From Octopus vulgaris (taxonomy: Eukaryota), in NCBI GenBank assembly GCA_951406725.2, contig OX597831.1, positions 42,594,001-42,658,000 of the forward strand: 64,000 bases of DNA, in the 5' to 3' direction. Below the pieces are notes generated by a model. It did no database searches. It was not told the DNA's origin and saw nothing but the letters and a program-made list of their open reading frames with translations. The translations under genes were made by a program, and so were the position numbers. Each line of letters begins with the position of its first letter. The stretch's first letter is position 1. Below are positions 1 to 14,249 of this stretch, in pieces.

Positions 1-80
1 CTTGAGTGTCAAACTAATACACTTTTTTGTTGTTCATACACCTGTCTTCCTCTTTTGTCTTTCTATAAATTTCAACTATA
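1..80 (+). repeat. Terminal fragment of a dispersed repeat abutting (TA)/(CA)n, probably a Penelope-like element end
   Basis: CTAATACAC..TTGTTGTT..CACCTGTCTTC recurs as reverse complement at about 15565-15640 and 61777-61850, always next to a TA microsatellite. Confidence 0.5.
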
Positions 81-109
81 CATACATACATACATACATA
101 TATATATAT

Positions 110-246
<137 letters not shown>

Positions 247-539
247 TTTAAAATAATAAGGGTGAAAAATTGAATATTAATTTGATTAATATCAATTTAA
301 AACCGGTAGTCTAGCATATAGAAAAATCTGAAGATTCAGAAAAATTATATTACATACATATATTACATACATATATATATATATATATATAGATGAATGA
401 GAACTTTATGTTAGCTAAAGTATATATACGTCACATATTTCAGCTTCTAAAAGCAAATTCACTGCAGTTACCATGGAGAAAAAAAATTTTCTCTTATAGT
501 AAAAAAACGGGTGTAAAAACACCATATCTGCCCAGTACT

Positions 540-1242
540 GCCCCTTGTCAGATTTCTTGATACCTCATCATATAAAACTTATACCTGATGTCTTTGTGAA
601 CAATATTTCTGATTGTCCCCTCTGACAAATGGAGATCTTTTGCAATTGACCCCATGGATTTTCTGGAATTTCTATCAATGATTTGCTGAACTTATTGAAT
701 AATTTCAGGTGCTCAGATGGTATTGGAGCATTGAGAATGCTTTTTGTGTGTTTTGGTATTGGTGATACCTTTCCTTCTGAGGTTTCTAAATACTTGTGAA
801 CTTTGTAGATGAAAGATCTGATGTCTTTTAAAAACTGATCTGTCACTAAATTGCTGTGCTTAGCCCTTAAGGTCACAATAACAGCATGCCTCTTCATTTC
901 TTGAGTAAGTTGAGTGTCTGTCAGTATTATTTTCCGAAAGGTGGTGAGCTGGCAGAATTGTTAGCATGCCAGGCAAAATGCTTAGTGGCATTTCATTTGT
1001 CTTTATGGTCTGAGTTCAAATTCTGCCGAGGTTGACTTTATCTTTCTTCCTTTCAGGGTCGATAAATTAAGTACCAGTGAAACATTGGGGTTGATGTGAT
1101 CGACTCGTCTCCTCCCCCAAAATTCCAGGCCTTGTGCCTTTAGTAGAAAAGATTATTATATTTTTGAGACATAAATAACATAAATTTAATTTAAAAGAAA
1201 TAATAACTCCAAAATGTCATGTTCTCAGATAGCCTAAACACC

Positions 1243-1245
<3 letters not shown>
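540..1245 (-). mobile_element. Degenerate maT/DD37D-type Tc1/mariner transposon, 5' part (HTH region)
   Basis: ORF 568-897 (EMKRHAVIVTLRAKHS...) continues after a frameshift as KHSQCSNTI*APEII...KSMGSIAKDLHLSEGTIRNIVHKDIRYK; TA-CAGGGTGTTTAGGCT terminus at about 1245; interrupted by a SINE. Confidence 0.7.
937..1160 (+). mobile_element. SINE family B (tRNA head + Deu/Nin-like core), CpG-decayed
   Basis: GAGCTGGCAGAATTGTTAGC head, GAGTTCAAATT B-box, GGTCGATAAATTAAGTACCAG core, ATT tail. Confidence 0.85.
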
Positions 1246-1304
<59 letters not shown>

Positions 1305-1855
1305 ATGCATACATTCATACATAGTTACATAGATACATATATGAACATGTGCACATGCACATACATACATACATACATACATACATACATTTATATATAT
1401 ATATAAATTAAATTTTAATGATGCAATTAAACAAACAAGGATAATGATTAATCAGAATAGCATCAGCAATATTACAACAACAGTCATTATTTTTTATATA
1501 ACGACTAGTCTTTGTATATAATTTCATTTTAGCTCTTTTAAAACTACCTACAATATCTATGTAGATGATTAATGAAAAATGAATATGAAATATTGTCAAA
1601 ATTCTTCCATCTGCCTTCTAATTAATGTATGTGTTTTGTGTGTGTGTGTGTGTGCATGTATATGTGTACATATCTGTAATTATAGGTGTGCGAGTGTGTG
1701 TGTGTGTCTGCATTTGTATAAGTATACCTTATCAATATAAGTAGATAGATATCTGAATATTTAATGAATGTTATGTTTTACTATTATAAATGTGTGCTTT
1801 ATTTATGTGTCTATACTTCATAAATAGTGTGTGTCTATGTACACTCACACACACA

Positions 1856-1933
<78 letters not shown>

Positions 1934-2121
1934 TTGAAACCGCTATTCATACTTGTGAGAAGCAAGATCTGAAATGATGATTTGCATATTTATTCTTAAT
2001 ATGGTCCTGAAGATTCAAACTCAAATATGCTAGTTGCTGTTGTGTATGTCATAGGAGAATGATTCCCCCTTTACATTGACAGAGTATTCGTGATACACTT
2101 TGCTCTTGGTGCAAGGGATTC

Positions 2122-2163
2122 TGGGACACCACTATTTCAACAGGTTGTGTCTCATCAGTCACA
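2122..2163 (-). ncRNA. Degenerate type I hammerhead ribozyme motif
   Basis: Minus strand TGTGA-CTGATGA-GACA caacc TGTT-GAAA-tagtgg-TG-TCCCA; core and stem II present, stem III and cleavage triplet decayed. Confidence 0.5.
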
Positions 2164-2271
2164 ATTACCCAGATATTTGAGCCTAAATGAGCCACTGGCT
2201 TTTTCATATTATTTCAGCAAGCAAACCTGTTTACTATCTGCATATATGTGCATAGATATGTGTTTATATGT

Positions 2272-2495
2272 CCTTTAGCATTCCTATTACTCTGTTAAAT
2301 GCAGTGCTTGTTTATTCATATTGTTATGAATTAATCATGTATTATTATGTAGATTCTAGATTTCGAATGATATGGTTGTTTTTGTTTAGAATGACATTGT
2401 AGGGTAGGTGTGAGAGGCCAAATCTGGCTGATATGAAATTAAAACAGGTAAACTATTCAGGTTGGATATGGCCAATTTAAATGCTATAGGCTTAA
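2272..2495. mobile_element. piggyBac-like MITE
   Basis: Imperfect terminal inverted repeats CCTTTAGCATT / AATGCTATAGG followed by (C)TTAA. Confidence 0.5.
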
Positions 2496-4959
2496 GTTTT
2501 AAAACAATATCTTCATACTTTCAATTTTGGTCACAAATTATATACACATTATGCATGGATATTTCAAGACATGTTATACTGACTTATTGCATTAAGACCC
2601 AAGTTTTAGCTTTGAAAATCCATGTGACTTCTGTTGCCTAAACACTCTAACAAAAAACAAAAAGTCACTGAATATGAGACAATGAAGAACTCAATGCAGT
2701 TGCTTAACCTGTAAGCAAAAGCAGTCAAAGCTTCCTCAAATCATACTCCGATCATAAGTCTACTTGATCAGAGCTTAGCAACAACAGCAGTAGCAACAAC
2801 AATAACTACATCAGCTCAGTTACAAACATGTTGTGGTACATTCTAAAATAGATTTGGTAGATGGAAACTGAAAAAAGCCAATTGAATATCTATGTGTGTA
2901 TTGTGTGTGCATGTGTGTTTATATGTATGTATGTATTTATATATGTGTGTGTGTATGTATGGATGTATGTGTGTGTATTTGTGAGTGCTTGTGTACTTGT
3001 GTTTCCCCATTTTGACATTCTGCAATAGTTGTAAACGAGCATCACTGCTATACAAGAGGTGTTCTTTGTTACCATTCTGTAAAAGCATACAGCAATGAAG
3101 CAATAACACTTTGTTTTGGAAATATGGCATCTGACCATAGAAAATATGCCTCATTGAATTCCTTCTGACTCATGCAAACATGAAAAACAGGACGTTAAAA
3201 TGATGATAATGAAGGGCCTTATTGTTTTTTGTATTAAGTTCTATAGGGCTGTGCCCCAACGTTACACAGGCACAATAAGTATCTTCTTTAAGAGAATTCT
3301 AGACCTGCAAATTTAGCAGCTAACTATTTACCACTATTATCTTTCATTAAAATGCTATAATCCTATATTTTTTATTCACATGCTTATCTCAATCACCGTG
3401 CCTTTTATAAATAGATTCTTCTCCCACACTTTTTAAAAGGCTTCTGTCTTTTGAAAGTAACCCTGTTGTTATAGCTGTCTTATATATCTGGCTGTGCTGT
3501 TGCTGTTACTGTTAGCTGTTTACACTCCTGTAATATATTTCATTACATTATCTACCACTTGTTTCTGTCACTATATTATTTTCTTTATTATTAAATTATA
3601 TATATGTGTGTGTGTATGTACATACATTCATACATACCTAACTATATTATTGTCTTTCAAGAGATTGCGGTCTGACACAGTACTTCATCTCTCTAGCCTT
3701 CCTGATTTTAATTAGTTGTCATGTTCTGTACATATTATAATTAATTAATTGACCAATTATCTAAGAAATTAATTAAGCAAATGCTTAATTAATTAAACCT
3801 ATCATTCATTAATTCAGCTATAGTTGACATAAACATTGCAAAATTTTTATTCACTATTGAGTTCTTTGAAATTAAAACTCTCTGATTCATTAAATATTCA
3901 AAGATGTGTGTTTGTTTGTTGTGTGTGTGTATGTGTGTTCATTCTGTTTGTGGATGATTGAGATATCCTTCAAGAAAAATCACAAACTTTGTTTGTTGCT
4001 GTTGCTTCTAAGAAGGAGGCCAATCATGAAAATGAAATTAATTATTTACAGAAATATTAAATGAATATTCTCCCAGCAACTCCACATTCACTTGGTCTCA
4101 TATGAACTCGAGAGTTGTCAGTCCCATACCACTGGTTTCGTGCAGGTACAGAAAAATAATATACCTATAGATGGTTTAGCTTCTGTTTCTCTGATCTTTC
4201 TATAGCTAAATTTTACTCAACTAATATATGGGAAGTATTTACTACTGTTGCCTTTTTAAAACATGTTCAAAGTTCCATATATTTTTTCATTCAGATAAAG
4301 ACAGAAATTGCTTCAACAAAATACTATTTTACTCATAGAATTTACTTCAATCTGTGCCTTTTCTAACAGTCCCTTTTCTCTCTTTCTTTCCATATATATA
4401 TATAGTTTTATGGTTGCAAGTAGTATAAGCAAAATATGCCTAGAAGAAAAAATGCAATTATTATTGTTAAAGTGAATGACTTCTATATCACTTGAAGTTT
4501 TATATTGCACCAGATAAGTGGCACCTAACGAAGAAATTTTGTTGGCCATAAGACCACTTTCAGAAGTGAAAAAGAAACACTACAGTCTTGTCTAGATATT
4601 TATGGTAATTAAAAAACTGATGCATTCATACATTGGCTGTCAATTAGTCATTGTCTATGTAAGGTGTACCTTATTTGATGATTGGTCAATTATCAGGTGC
4701 AGCATGCCACTGTTGTAGAAACACATTCAACATGGTTAACCACAGCAATGAAATAAAACCATGGTTAACCACAGCAATGAAATAAAACTTCAGTCGTCTA
4801 CTTGATGTAAACAAACAGGACTATTGTGTCACAGCAGTAAACATAAAAGGATAATGTCTTTTTACAAATGCCATCTAACAAATGTTTTCAAGTGAAACTT
4901 CAAATTAGCTTTAACTGTAATAATAACATTTATCTATCTGTCTGTATATCAATGCCATC

Positions 4960-5350
4960 AACTGTCTGCTGCAGGTCGATACTGCATGTTCTTGTCCAGT
5001 AATCATCTCTGGCTAGCTTACAGATGGGCAAAAGGTCTGCATATGCTTCTCATACACTCTTTTGTATTCCCTCTGTTATTACTCTTCAATGGCTGGAATT
5101 ATGAGTTTTGGCAATTGGTGCCATTCATCGTGCTGCAGAGCCTTCTAATTTCAGGTTCCTGAGGAGATACTAGAGTCTTCATGTGTCTCTTCAGCTCACT
5201 CCTGTATTGTAACCTCTGACCACCACAACTCTGCCGGGTGTGATGCAGTTCAGCATAGAAAACTGCATTTGGGGGCCTGTCATCTGCCCTCTTGTAAACA
5301 TGTCCCACCCAGCACAGCTGTGATGAGGTAATGAGAGCCTTTGCACTAAC

Positions 5351-5351
<1 letters not shown>
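4960..5351 (-). mobile_element. RTE-clade LINE C-terminal fragment
   Basis: GHVYKRADDRPPNAVFYAEL...GGQRLQYRSELKRHMK matches the RTE C-terminal GHVxRMxDxRxPKxxFYGEL..GGQ motif. Confidence 0.75.
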
Positions 5352-5388
<37 letters not shown>

Positions 5389-5489
5389 CCTATACCCAGC
5401 TACAAACATATACATACAGATGCTTATATTTCATTTTGGTAGAGTTAGTGTAAAGACTCTTGTTACCTCATCACAGCTGTGCTGGATGG

Positions 5490-5531
<42 letters not shown>

Positions 5532-5761
5532 CACACATCCACTAACAAACATATACATACACACTCATACTTCAATTTGTGTTGCTATTTGCTGTGTAAT
5601 ACTGGTACACTTGTGCAACTAGTGCCAGCTCCTGTGGATGCATTCTTTCTTTACTAATACTGGGCAGGTTGAGACAATATAGTTAATTGTTAATAATTTA
5701 TAGTTACATATTCTGTAGTTAATTAACATACCCTGTTATCTATTTACTATTTTTTATGCTT

Positions 5762-7750
5762 TTAGTGGTTTCTGATTGAGAGACATTGATCTTGTGCTGC
5801 AATAAAGAATCTTTCAATCAAAACTTTAAGTTCCATGCTTCTCAACTTTTGTTGCAATGTTTCTCTGTCTATGTGTACCTCATGAATTTTTTTTGTTGGT
5901 TTTGCCCATGTAAGGGATTTTCTTGCCTTCACTGTATCATGTGCCCCCATTTTTAGCTTAGATTTTCTCAATTTCAGTTGTTATTTCTCCTTATCTTTCA
6001 AAAATATCAATAATTTCAGGATCTGTTTTTACATGCTTGCTTCCTTGTAGAGAGAAAACAGTTTATTTTTATTTTGTTTATGTTCTATCGTTTTCCATTA
6101 CTTTTTATTTAATATTTTTGTAGTTTTATATGTTTTATAAGAGTTTTCCAGCTGCATAAGACCTCTACCACATTGCAACCATGGTATCTTGTTATGCTAG
6201 ATTTTCAGTAGTGAAGTCAGTATTTTTCTTATTTTTCTATTTTCTGGTTCATTTGGTGCTCAGCTGAGAATATTGTTGCTATAACTTATTGCTGGGACAC
6301 ATAAAGCATTGCTGTTTATAATCTTTTATTTTGTATTTTGCTCTACTTTATGTATTTATCTTACGCGTCTGTAATGTGTTCTTTTTAACCATCTTACATT
6401 TGTGTGCGTTGCACACTATCCAGGTCATTGATTCCAAAACATTTGTAAGTATATGTTTGTTATAATTGTCTTATCTCAGTTTCTTTATCTAACATATTAG
6501 TGTTCTTAATTAATGTTCCTCTCTCCATGGTTGCCTTTACATATTTTTGAAATATATATATCTCATAGCAATTCCTTTAATAAACCTGTTTACTATCTGT
6601 AGCAGAGTTTCTAGTTGTTTATCATCTACCGTGTACAACTTGAGGTCATTAATGCACAAAAGAGAGTTGATTGTTCCCATATACCATATTAAGCACATTA
6701 AACCAGTTTGGCTTAACACATTGGTTAAAGGTGTTATTGCTAAGCAGAAGGAGAGGAGCAGGAGGGCATTCTTTTATAGTATTCTTCCAAATGAGATTGA
6801 GTTAGTATTTTTAAAAAAATGTTCTGTTTTGTCTGTATTTCCAAAATTGTCTAGTTTTTATTCATGTTTAATGTATTTACTCATCATTGGTGCTACCTTA
6901 CTTGTAGCTAATGTTTACAGAATTCAACTGTTGAGATCACCATCAAAAGCCTTCTGGCAGACAATTCATGTCATGCTCAAACCCTTCTTTGTTCTTTGGC
7001 AGTCTTTGATTATGTTTTTTTTTTATATGGTTTAATTGATTTTTAAAAATATAAGAACCGTTGCAGCATCTCATCTACTCTTCTGGAAACAAGTGTTTTT
7101 TTTTCCAGATCTATATCTAATCTCTGTGATATCAATGTAAATTAAAGGTTTGCAGGTTGTAAAAAGACATATTATGGGTCTATAGATTTTAGGGTTGCTA
7201 TTTCTTAAGTTTAGGTGTTAAGTTTAATATTTTCACCCTGTGAACTTTCCATTTGTTAGCTCTAGTACAACCAGTATCTTCTTAAACATCTCTGTTAGCA
7301 CCCTGTTTATTATTTTGGTTTGGGTCAGGTTTGGTTTTATTCCTGGTAGGATTTATGTGGGTAGCGGGTTACTACCTTAGGTACCCACATGTTTTCAGCT
7401 GTCTTTCAAGTGCTTAGAACCATCCTGATAGGCTTTGCTGTTCCTAAGAGACAAACTTTCTTCTTTTTCTTCTTCTTCTTCTAACTGGGATGGCTAAAGT
7501 GTTAATACCTATTATCTTGTTTGTAGCATTGAGCTCTGTTTTCAGTATTGATCTAACTCATCTATAGTATTCTTTCTTTATTTTCTCTTTCATTTGTGTG
7601 TGTTGTATCCTATCTTGTTCATTGATTCCTAAATATTTGTATGTATGTATGGCTTTGGTCTATTTCTCTTATTTCATTGGCTTTATTTAGTGTGATGTTG
7701 CTACTCTTAACTAGTTTTCCTCTTTTCAGGGTTGCTTTGGCACATTTTTC
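5762..7750 (-). mobile_element. Degenerate R4/Dong-like non-LTR retrotransposon (RT region)
   Basis: LLCINDLKLY (decayed LLYMDDLKLY), YKCFG, RGLMQLE and FFIAAQDQCLSIRN motifs; many stops and frameshifts. Confidence 0.8.
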
Positions 7751-7758
7751 TAATCCAA

Positions 7759-7906
7759 ATTTCATATCTATTTCTTTGGTATTATTTCATATCTATTTCT
7801 TTGGTATTATTTCATATCTATTTCTTTGGTAAATTTCATATCTATTTCTTTGATAAATTTCATATCTCTTTCCTTGATAATTTCATATCTATTTCTTTGG
7901 TATTAT
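7759..7906. repeat. 25-bp minisatellite, about 6 copies
   Basis: TTTCATATCTATTTCTTTGGTATTA repeated in tandem, running into (TTA)n. Confidence 0.9.
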
Positions 7907-7914
7907 TATTAATA

Positions 7915-7972
<58 letters not shown>

Positions 7973-7986
7973 CAGCATTATCACTA

Positions 7987-8049
<63 letters not shown>

Positions 8050-8054
8050 TATTA

Positions 8055-8600
8055 AGGTCGACTTTGCCTTTCATCCCTTCGGGGTCGATAAATTAAGTAC
8101 CAGTGAAACACTGGGGTCATTGAAATCGACTAGCCCCCTCCCCCAAAATTTCAGGCCTTGTGCCTATAGTAGAAAGGATTATCATTATCAGTATCATTAT
8201 TATGATTATTATTATTGTTGTTGTTGTTGTTGTTGTTGTTGTTATTATCAACATTATTTTTCCATATAGATCACTGAGCAAATCATAATCGAAGTGTAAG
8301 GGTACTTTGGGATTATTTCGTTTGCTCCATTTTTGAGTGCCTTCCTAAGGATCCTTATCCTTCTAATAATGTGATTTCCTTAATGGCAGTGGGCTTGCAG
8401 AATTGTTACTATGCTAAACAAAATGCAATACAGCATTTCTTTTGGGTCTTTACATTCTGAGTTCAAATGCCACCAAAACTGACTTTACCTTTCAGCCATT
8501 TCAGGGTGATAAAATAAGTACCAGTTGAGCACTGGGGTCAATGTTATTGACTCCCTCCCATTCTCAAAAGCGCTGGCCTTATACCAGAATTAGAACAAAT
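8055..8600 (+). mobile_element. Two SINE family B copies (about 8055-8185 truncated, about 8390-8600)
   Basis: GACTTTGCCTTTCATCC..GGTCGATAAA core and CTGGGGTC. Confidence 0.75.
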
Positions 8601-8604
8601 AGTA

Positions 8605-9150
8605 TAGTTTCCCATAGTTCTGTTTGTATTTCACTCCCACTCTAATTTAATTTTCCATGCTGCCATACCGACAGCGCCCAACTATGATTTAATTTTCTTT
8701 GTTACTGTATCAACAATTACCACTGCCTCTGGCACAATTCCAACTGTTTTCATGCTCCACATCCTTGCAAGTTCTCTCTTCAGATCTTCATATTTCTCAC
8801 CCTTTTCATTTTCTTTCTCACACTCTCTGTTGTCACTCAGAGGTGATACTGCAATTATTATACAGCATCTTCCCATTTTGTCGAAAGTAACAATGTCTAA
8901 TCTAGATACTTATGGTAATTGGTCACACTGAATGCTAAAATCTCACAACTTAACATTCTCATTAACTTCCACGATAATTGGTTAATGTTTCTACCTCCAA
9001 TCAGGTCTGTCCAAATTATATATTTTTTTTACATAGTTTCCAGTGAACGTTGCATTTAATATTGATATTGTCAGACTGCTTTTTGTACTTTTGCTATGCA
9101 AGTTTACTGCATCCACAAACTATGTGACTAATGCATTCACTTTTTTTCCC
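8605..9150 (-). mobile_element. R4/Dong-like LINE restriction-like endonuclease fragment
   Basis: CCIIIAVSPLSDNRECEKENEKGEKYEDLKRELARMW..VP matches the RLE motif KExEKxEKYxDL. Confidence 0.8.
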
Positions 9151-9329
9151 CACGAAGAGGCTTGGTGAAGAGGCTTGTTTTGCAACCAAATGGCTTCAGG
9201 TTCAGTCCTACTGCATAGCACCTTGAACAAGTGTTTTCTACTATGGCTCCAGACTGACGAATACTTTGTGAGTGAATTTGATATACAGAAACTGTGTAGA
9301 CTCCTGTCATTTGTATATATATATATATA

Positions 9330-9754
<425 letters not shown>

Positions 9755-9782
9755 CTTACATACACACACACACACACGCATA

Positions 9783-9820
<38 letters not shown>

Positions 9821-9925
9821 AAAACCAATCTGAAAGAAGCGGCCCAGGATAGAACTGACTGGAGGACACTGATCCAACGAGTGACCGAGAGTCGACTTCG
9901 ACTGAGCAGATAGAGAGAGAGAGAT
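9821..9925 (+). mobile_element. RTE/BovB-like LINE extreme 3' end
   Basis: [30 protein letters not shown] followed by a (GA)n tail. Confidence 0.75.
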
Positions 9926-9949
9926 ATAGGAAAAGTAGAAGTTGAAAAT

Positions 9950-10352
9950 GCACTGAAAATAGTTACAATATTTTTTATTAATATATTTGAAGCTTTAACC
10001 AGTTTCACAGTTTACATTGTGGCTTATATTACAGCTGTCTTACTTCTGACTAGTGTTTGAATTTTGCCCTGTTTTTATAGGGAGTTCATGGCTGAAATTG
10101 GCATATGTTTTGAATAGGATTTGATTGGTAGAGGGTAGTCACATGACTGGTCTTAGAAATTTTTCTTGGTTCCCCACTATGTCGGTGTATTAGTATGAGG
10201 TGACTATGTTTGGCATCCTAAGTTAAGGTTGACCGAACAAGTCCAAACAATCAATGCTCTGAATGTATTCTGTCAGGTGTTTGTAGAGAATGATTAAGTT
10301 TATAACCTTCTGTATGTTTCCTGCTATGTCCGTGCATTAGTGTCCCATGACA
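9950..10352 (-). mobile_element. Possible solo-LTR remnant
   Basis: Minus strand starts TGTCA, then CCAAT, TATAAAA and AATAAA in order; second end and TSD not found. Confidence 0.3.
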
Positions 10353-10668
10353 GTATATTTTGCACTTAAAAAGAAAGCCAACACACACACACACATTCAC
10401 ATTTACACTCACACACACACACACACACGCACGCACACACACACACACACTCATACACACACACACACACACACACAAACAAGCACACACACACATGTAT
10501 GTGTATATTATCTCTCTAGAGAGGTTATATACCTTCTGCCAATGAGTCTGTTGAGCCACCCATACAACTAAGTGCTCTACAGGCATGAAACTAATGGTTG
10601 CTCTCTAACAGGTCATAACAAACAACTTCTAAATGTGTGTGTGTGTATATATATATATAGATAGATAA

Positions 10669-10734
<66 letters not shown>

Positions 10735-11430
10735 TGATTGATTGAATAATAGATAAAGAGAACAAAAGATGTGTATATATGCTTCTGTATGTGTGTTTAT
10801 CTCCCACCACTGCTTGACAACTGGTATTGGTTTGTTTACATCCCATAACTTGCCAGTTTAGCAAAAGAGACTGATAGAATAAGTACCAGGCTTACGAAAT
10901 AATAATGAATATATATTGGAATCCATTTGTTTGATTAACTTTGTCAAGGCAGTGCTCCAGCATGGCTGCAATCCAATGACTGAAGCCTGTAAAATATAAA
11001 AGATAACCAATAAAAGCTATTCAATGTTCTTATCCGTGTGACATTTCTATGTACTTGTTCGTAAACAGCACAGATTTGCGCTTCAGTTTCAACCTTTACG
11101 TTTGATTTTCACAACCATTTTCATTTCCTTCATCCACACCATCACTCATATCCATAACAAACTATTTATCTCTTGCTGTTTCATTCAAGTTTGTTTCATT
11201 TCTCTCTATTCTAATCCTCTTATATTAATCCTTATCAACACAGTCTATACTCTCCATCACACCAGCGTCTTATACATCAGATGACTTTGGTTCTGAACTA
11301 TTAGTTACATGCTATTCCAAGCTTTTCTCTTCACTTCTTATACAATTCTCACTTATACATTTATACATTTCCTCCCATTGATAAATCCTATGAATGACAT
11401 TTTTTGGGTGGAATGCTCCATATATCCACG

Positions 11431-11850
11431 TAGGCATAGGAGTGGCTGTGTGGTAAGTAGCTTGCTTACCAGCCACATGGTTCCAGGTTCAGTCCCACTC
11501 TCGTGGCACCTTGGCCAAGTGTCTTCTGCTATAGCCTTGGGCTGACCAAAGCCTTGTGAGTGGATTTGGTAGACGGAAACTGAAAGAAGCCTGTCGTATA
11601 TATGTATATGTATATATATATGTGTGTGTGTGTTTGTGTGTCTGTTTGTCCCCCCAACATTGCTTGATAACCGATGGTGGTGTGTTTGCATCCCCGTAAC
11701 TTAGCGGCTCAGCCTAAGAGACCGATAGAATAAGTACTAGGCTTACAAAGAATAAGTCCTGGGGTTGATTTGCTCGACTAAAGGTGGTGCTCTAGCATGG
11801 CCGCAGTCAAATGACATGACTGAAACAAGTAAAAGAGTAAAGTGGTAAAG
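11431..11850 (+). mobile_element. SINE family A, full length (tRNA head, internal microsatellite)
   Basis: GGAGTGGCTGTGTGGTAAG..GGTTCAGTCCC head, ends GACTGAAACAAGTAAAAGAG. Confidence 0.9.
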
Positions 11851-11854
11851 AGAT

Positions 11855-12370
11855 ATTGGTTTCAAATTTTGGAACAAGGCCAGGAAATTTGGGGTAAGGG
11901 GTACATTGATTACATCGACCCCAGTACATAACTGGTACTTATTTTATCAACCTAGAAGGATGAGAAGCAAAGTTGATCTTGGTGGGATTTGAAATCAGAA
12001 CGTAAACACATATTAAATGCTGTTAAGCATTTTAGCCAGGTGTGCTAATTATTCTGCCAGCTCACCACCTCAAAAACACGCCAAATATTGCTTTCAGATT
12101 TTGGCACAAAGCCATAAATTTCAAGGGAGGGAGTAAGCCAATAACTTCAATTCCAGAATTCAATTTTAGCTCAAGGTCATGAAGTTTGCAGGAGCGGGTA
12201 TTTATCAGTCTATTACATCGACCCCAGTCCTCAATTGGTACTTATGTTATCAACCCTGGAAGGATGAAAGGCGAAGTTGACCTCAACAGCATTGAAACTC
12301 AGAACATAAAAACAGGTGAAAAAGCTGCTAAGCATCTTGCCCAGTGTGATAATGATTCTGCCAGCCCTCT
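11855..12370 (-). mobile_element. Cluster of SINE family B copies
   Basis: Reverse complement of family B head and core, two near-complete copies plus a fragment. Confidence 0.75.
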
Positions 12371-12496
12371 GTCTTAGAATGTTCCATATAATATCATCAG
12401 TTTTAACATCTTTCTGTCAAAATTCTGGAGTTCTTTCTTATTCTATTTAAGTATCCCCATTCTAGATTTCATTCAAAATTTCATCTCTTTGTTGTG

Positions 12497-13080
12497 GGTG
12501 CAGGCATGGCTGTGTGGTTAAGATGCTCGCTGTGTAACTATGTGCTATGAGGTTCGGTCCCATTGACTGGCACCTTGGGGAAGTGTTTTCAATTATAGTC
12601 CATAGCTGACCAATATCTTGTGAGTAAATTTGCTAGACAAAAACTGTGTGGAAGCAAGTTGCATGTACATATGTATATGTGTTTGTGTGTGTGTTTGTGT
12701 GTGTGTGGTGTGTTTGTGTATGTGTATATGTGTGTGTATATATGTGTATGTGTTTGTGTGTGTGTGCATGTGTGTATGTGTGTGTGTATATGTGTGTGTT
12801 TGTGTGTGTGAGTGTGTTTGTGTGTCTTTATGTTTATGTTTATCCCCTGCTACCACCACCACCATCACCACCACCACCACTTGACAACCAGTGCTGGTTG
12901 ATTTACGTTCACACAACTTAGCAGTTCAGCAAAAGCAGGAACCAGTAAGACAAGTACCACTCTTTAAAAAAATAAGTACTGGGGTTGATTTGCTCATGTA
13001 AAAAAAAAAAAAACCCTTCAAGTTGGTGCCCTAGCATGGCTACAGTCCAATGACTGAAACTTATAAAAGATAAAAGATAA
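12497..13080 (+). mobile_element. SINE family A, older divergent copy
   Basis: Homology to 11431-11850 with an expanded (TG)n centre. Confidence 0.8.
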
Positions 13081-13518
13081 AACTAACGATAAATACTCAG
13101 AACTCTGTCCGCCAAAGAAGAATGCTTCCAGAATCCTTAAAAATGCTTCGTACTCTCACTATGAAGCCAGAATTTCTTCAGTGGTGGCTCAAATGACAAG
13201 TGACTCATTAGGTTCTGATTTCCATTCAGTGAGTTATTATCATTGCTTTATGGCTGCCTTACAGCTTGGCTTGTTGTCTTTTTCTTCTACAATGTGGTTT
13301 CTTCTTTTATTCACTGGCCTCTGTGCTCCCCACCACTCATCTGTCAAACTGATCTTTCTCCATACTGCTATTATCTCCATCTTTCATATGAAGGAAAGAA
13401 TAAATATTGTCTTTAACAGTAAACAAATTATGGCTTCGGTCCATATTGGATTTTTAATCAGATGAATACCTTTTTTAAAAAAATGATAATAATAATAACA
13501 ACAATAATAATAATGATG

Positions 13519-13568
<50 letters not shown>

Positions 13569-13906
13569 GATAAAAATAAATAATAATAATAATAACAATA
13601 ATAATAATGATAATAATAATAATAATAATAATAATATTAATAATAATAATGATAAATTAAATTGATTTAAAAATAAAAAATATAAAATAATCCAAGTGAA
13701 AATGACTTCTTAATGATGTAAATATACATTCAATATTCTGACACTTAAAGTCTATGATTCTTGTGGTATTAATAATAGATATTTAATAAATCTTGAATGT
13801 CATACATATATCCTATGGGTTAAATCTGTCAGATATACTAGTCATATATATGGATCAGCTGGAGGATAGTGTGCTTAACAGCTGCTACTCTTGTGCTTTT
13901 TCTTAC

Positions 13907-14103
13907 CAGATACGTTGAAGAAATATATCCTTGCATTGACTTCTTTTGAGGAAGCAAATAAAACACATGGCATGCACAGTAGCATCAAAATGAATAGACC
14001 AACCAGACTGATTCTCTCTCTTTTACTTTTCAATTCTTGAAACAAAATCACAAAGGTGGGGTTCATTAGTGCCAACTTCCAGTGAAAAGCTGTCTGCTTT
14101 TTA
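13907..14103 (-). CDS. Candidate host-gene exon with start codon and signal peptide/anchor
   Basis: TTTTCAG acceptor before 14103, ATG at 14066, MNPTFVILFQELKSKRERISLVGLFILMLLCMPCVLFASSKEVNARIYFFNVS, phase-1 G|GTAAG donor at 13907/13906; no homology recognised. Confidence 0.3.
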
Positions 14104-14249
14104 CTGAAAAGCGGTTCAACTTGTGTTTTATGATCACTTGCATAAACCAGTGCCAAGGCCATTTAGTTACATTTTAGTTATTTAATTACATTTTTCTTAA
14201 GCCCTTCACTCCCTGTAGAACATAGGCTATCAACAACTTTTCTCCACTG

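Noticed and set aside
568-897. 109-aa ORF with a possible splice donor, as a host exon
   Set aside because: Continues by frameshift into a transposase HTH region and lies near a TIR
4050-4165. FN3-like peptide YYFSVPARN on the minus strand
   Set aside because: Poor acceptor, early stop, motif incomplete
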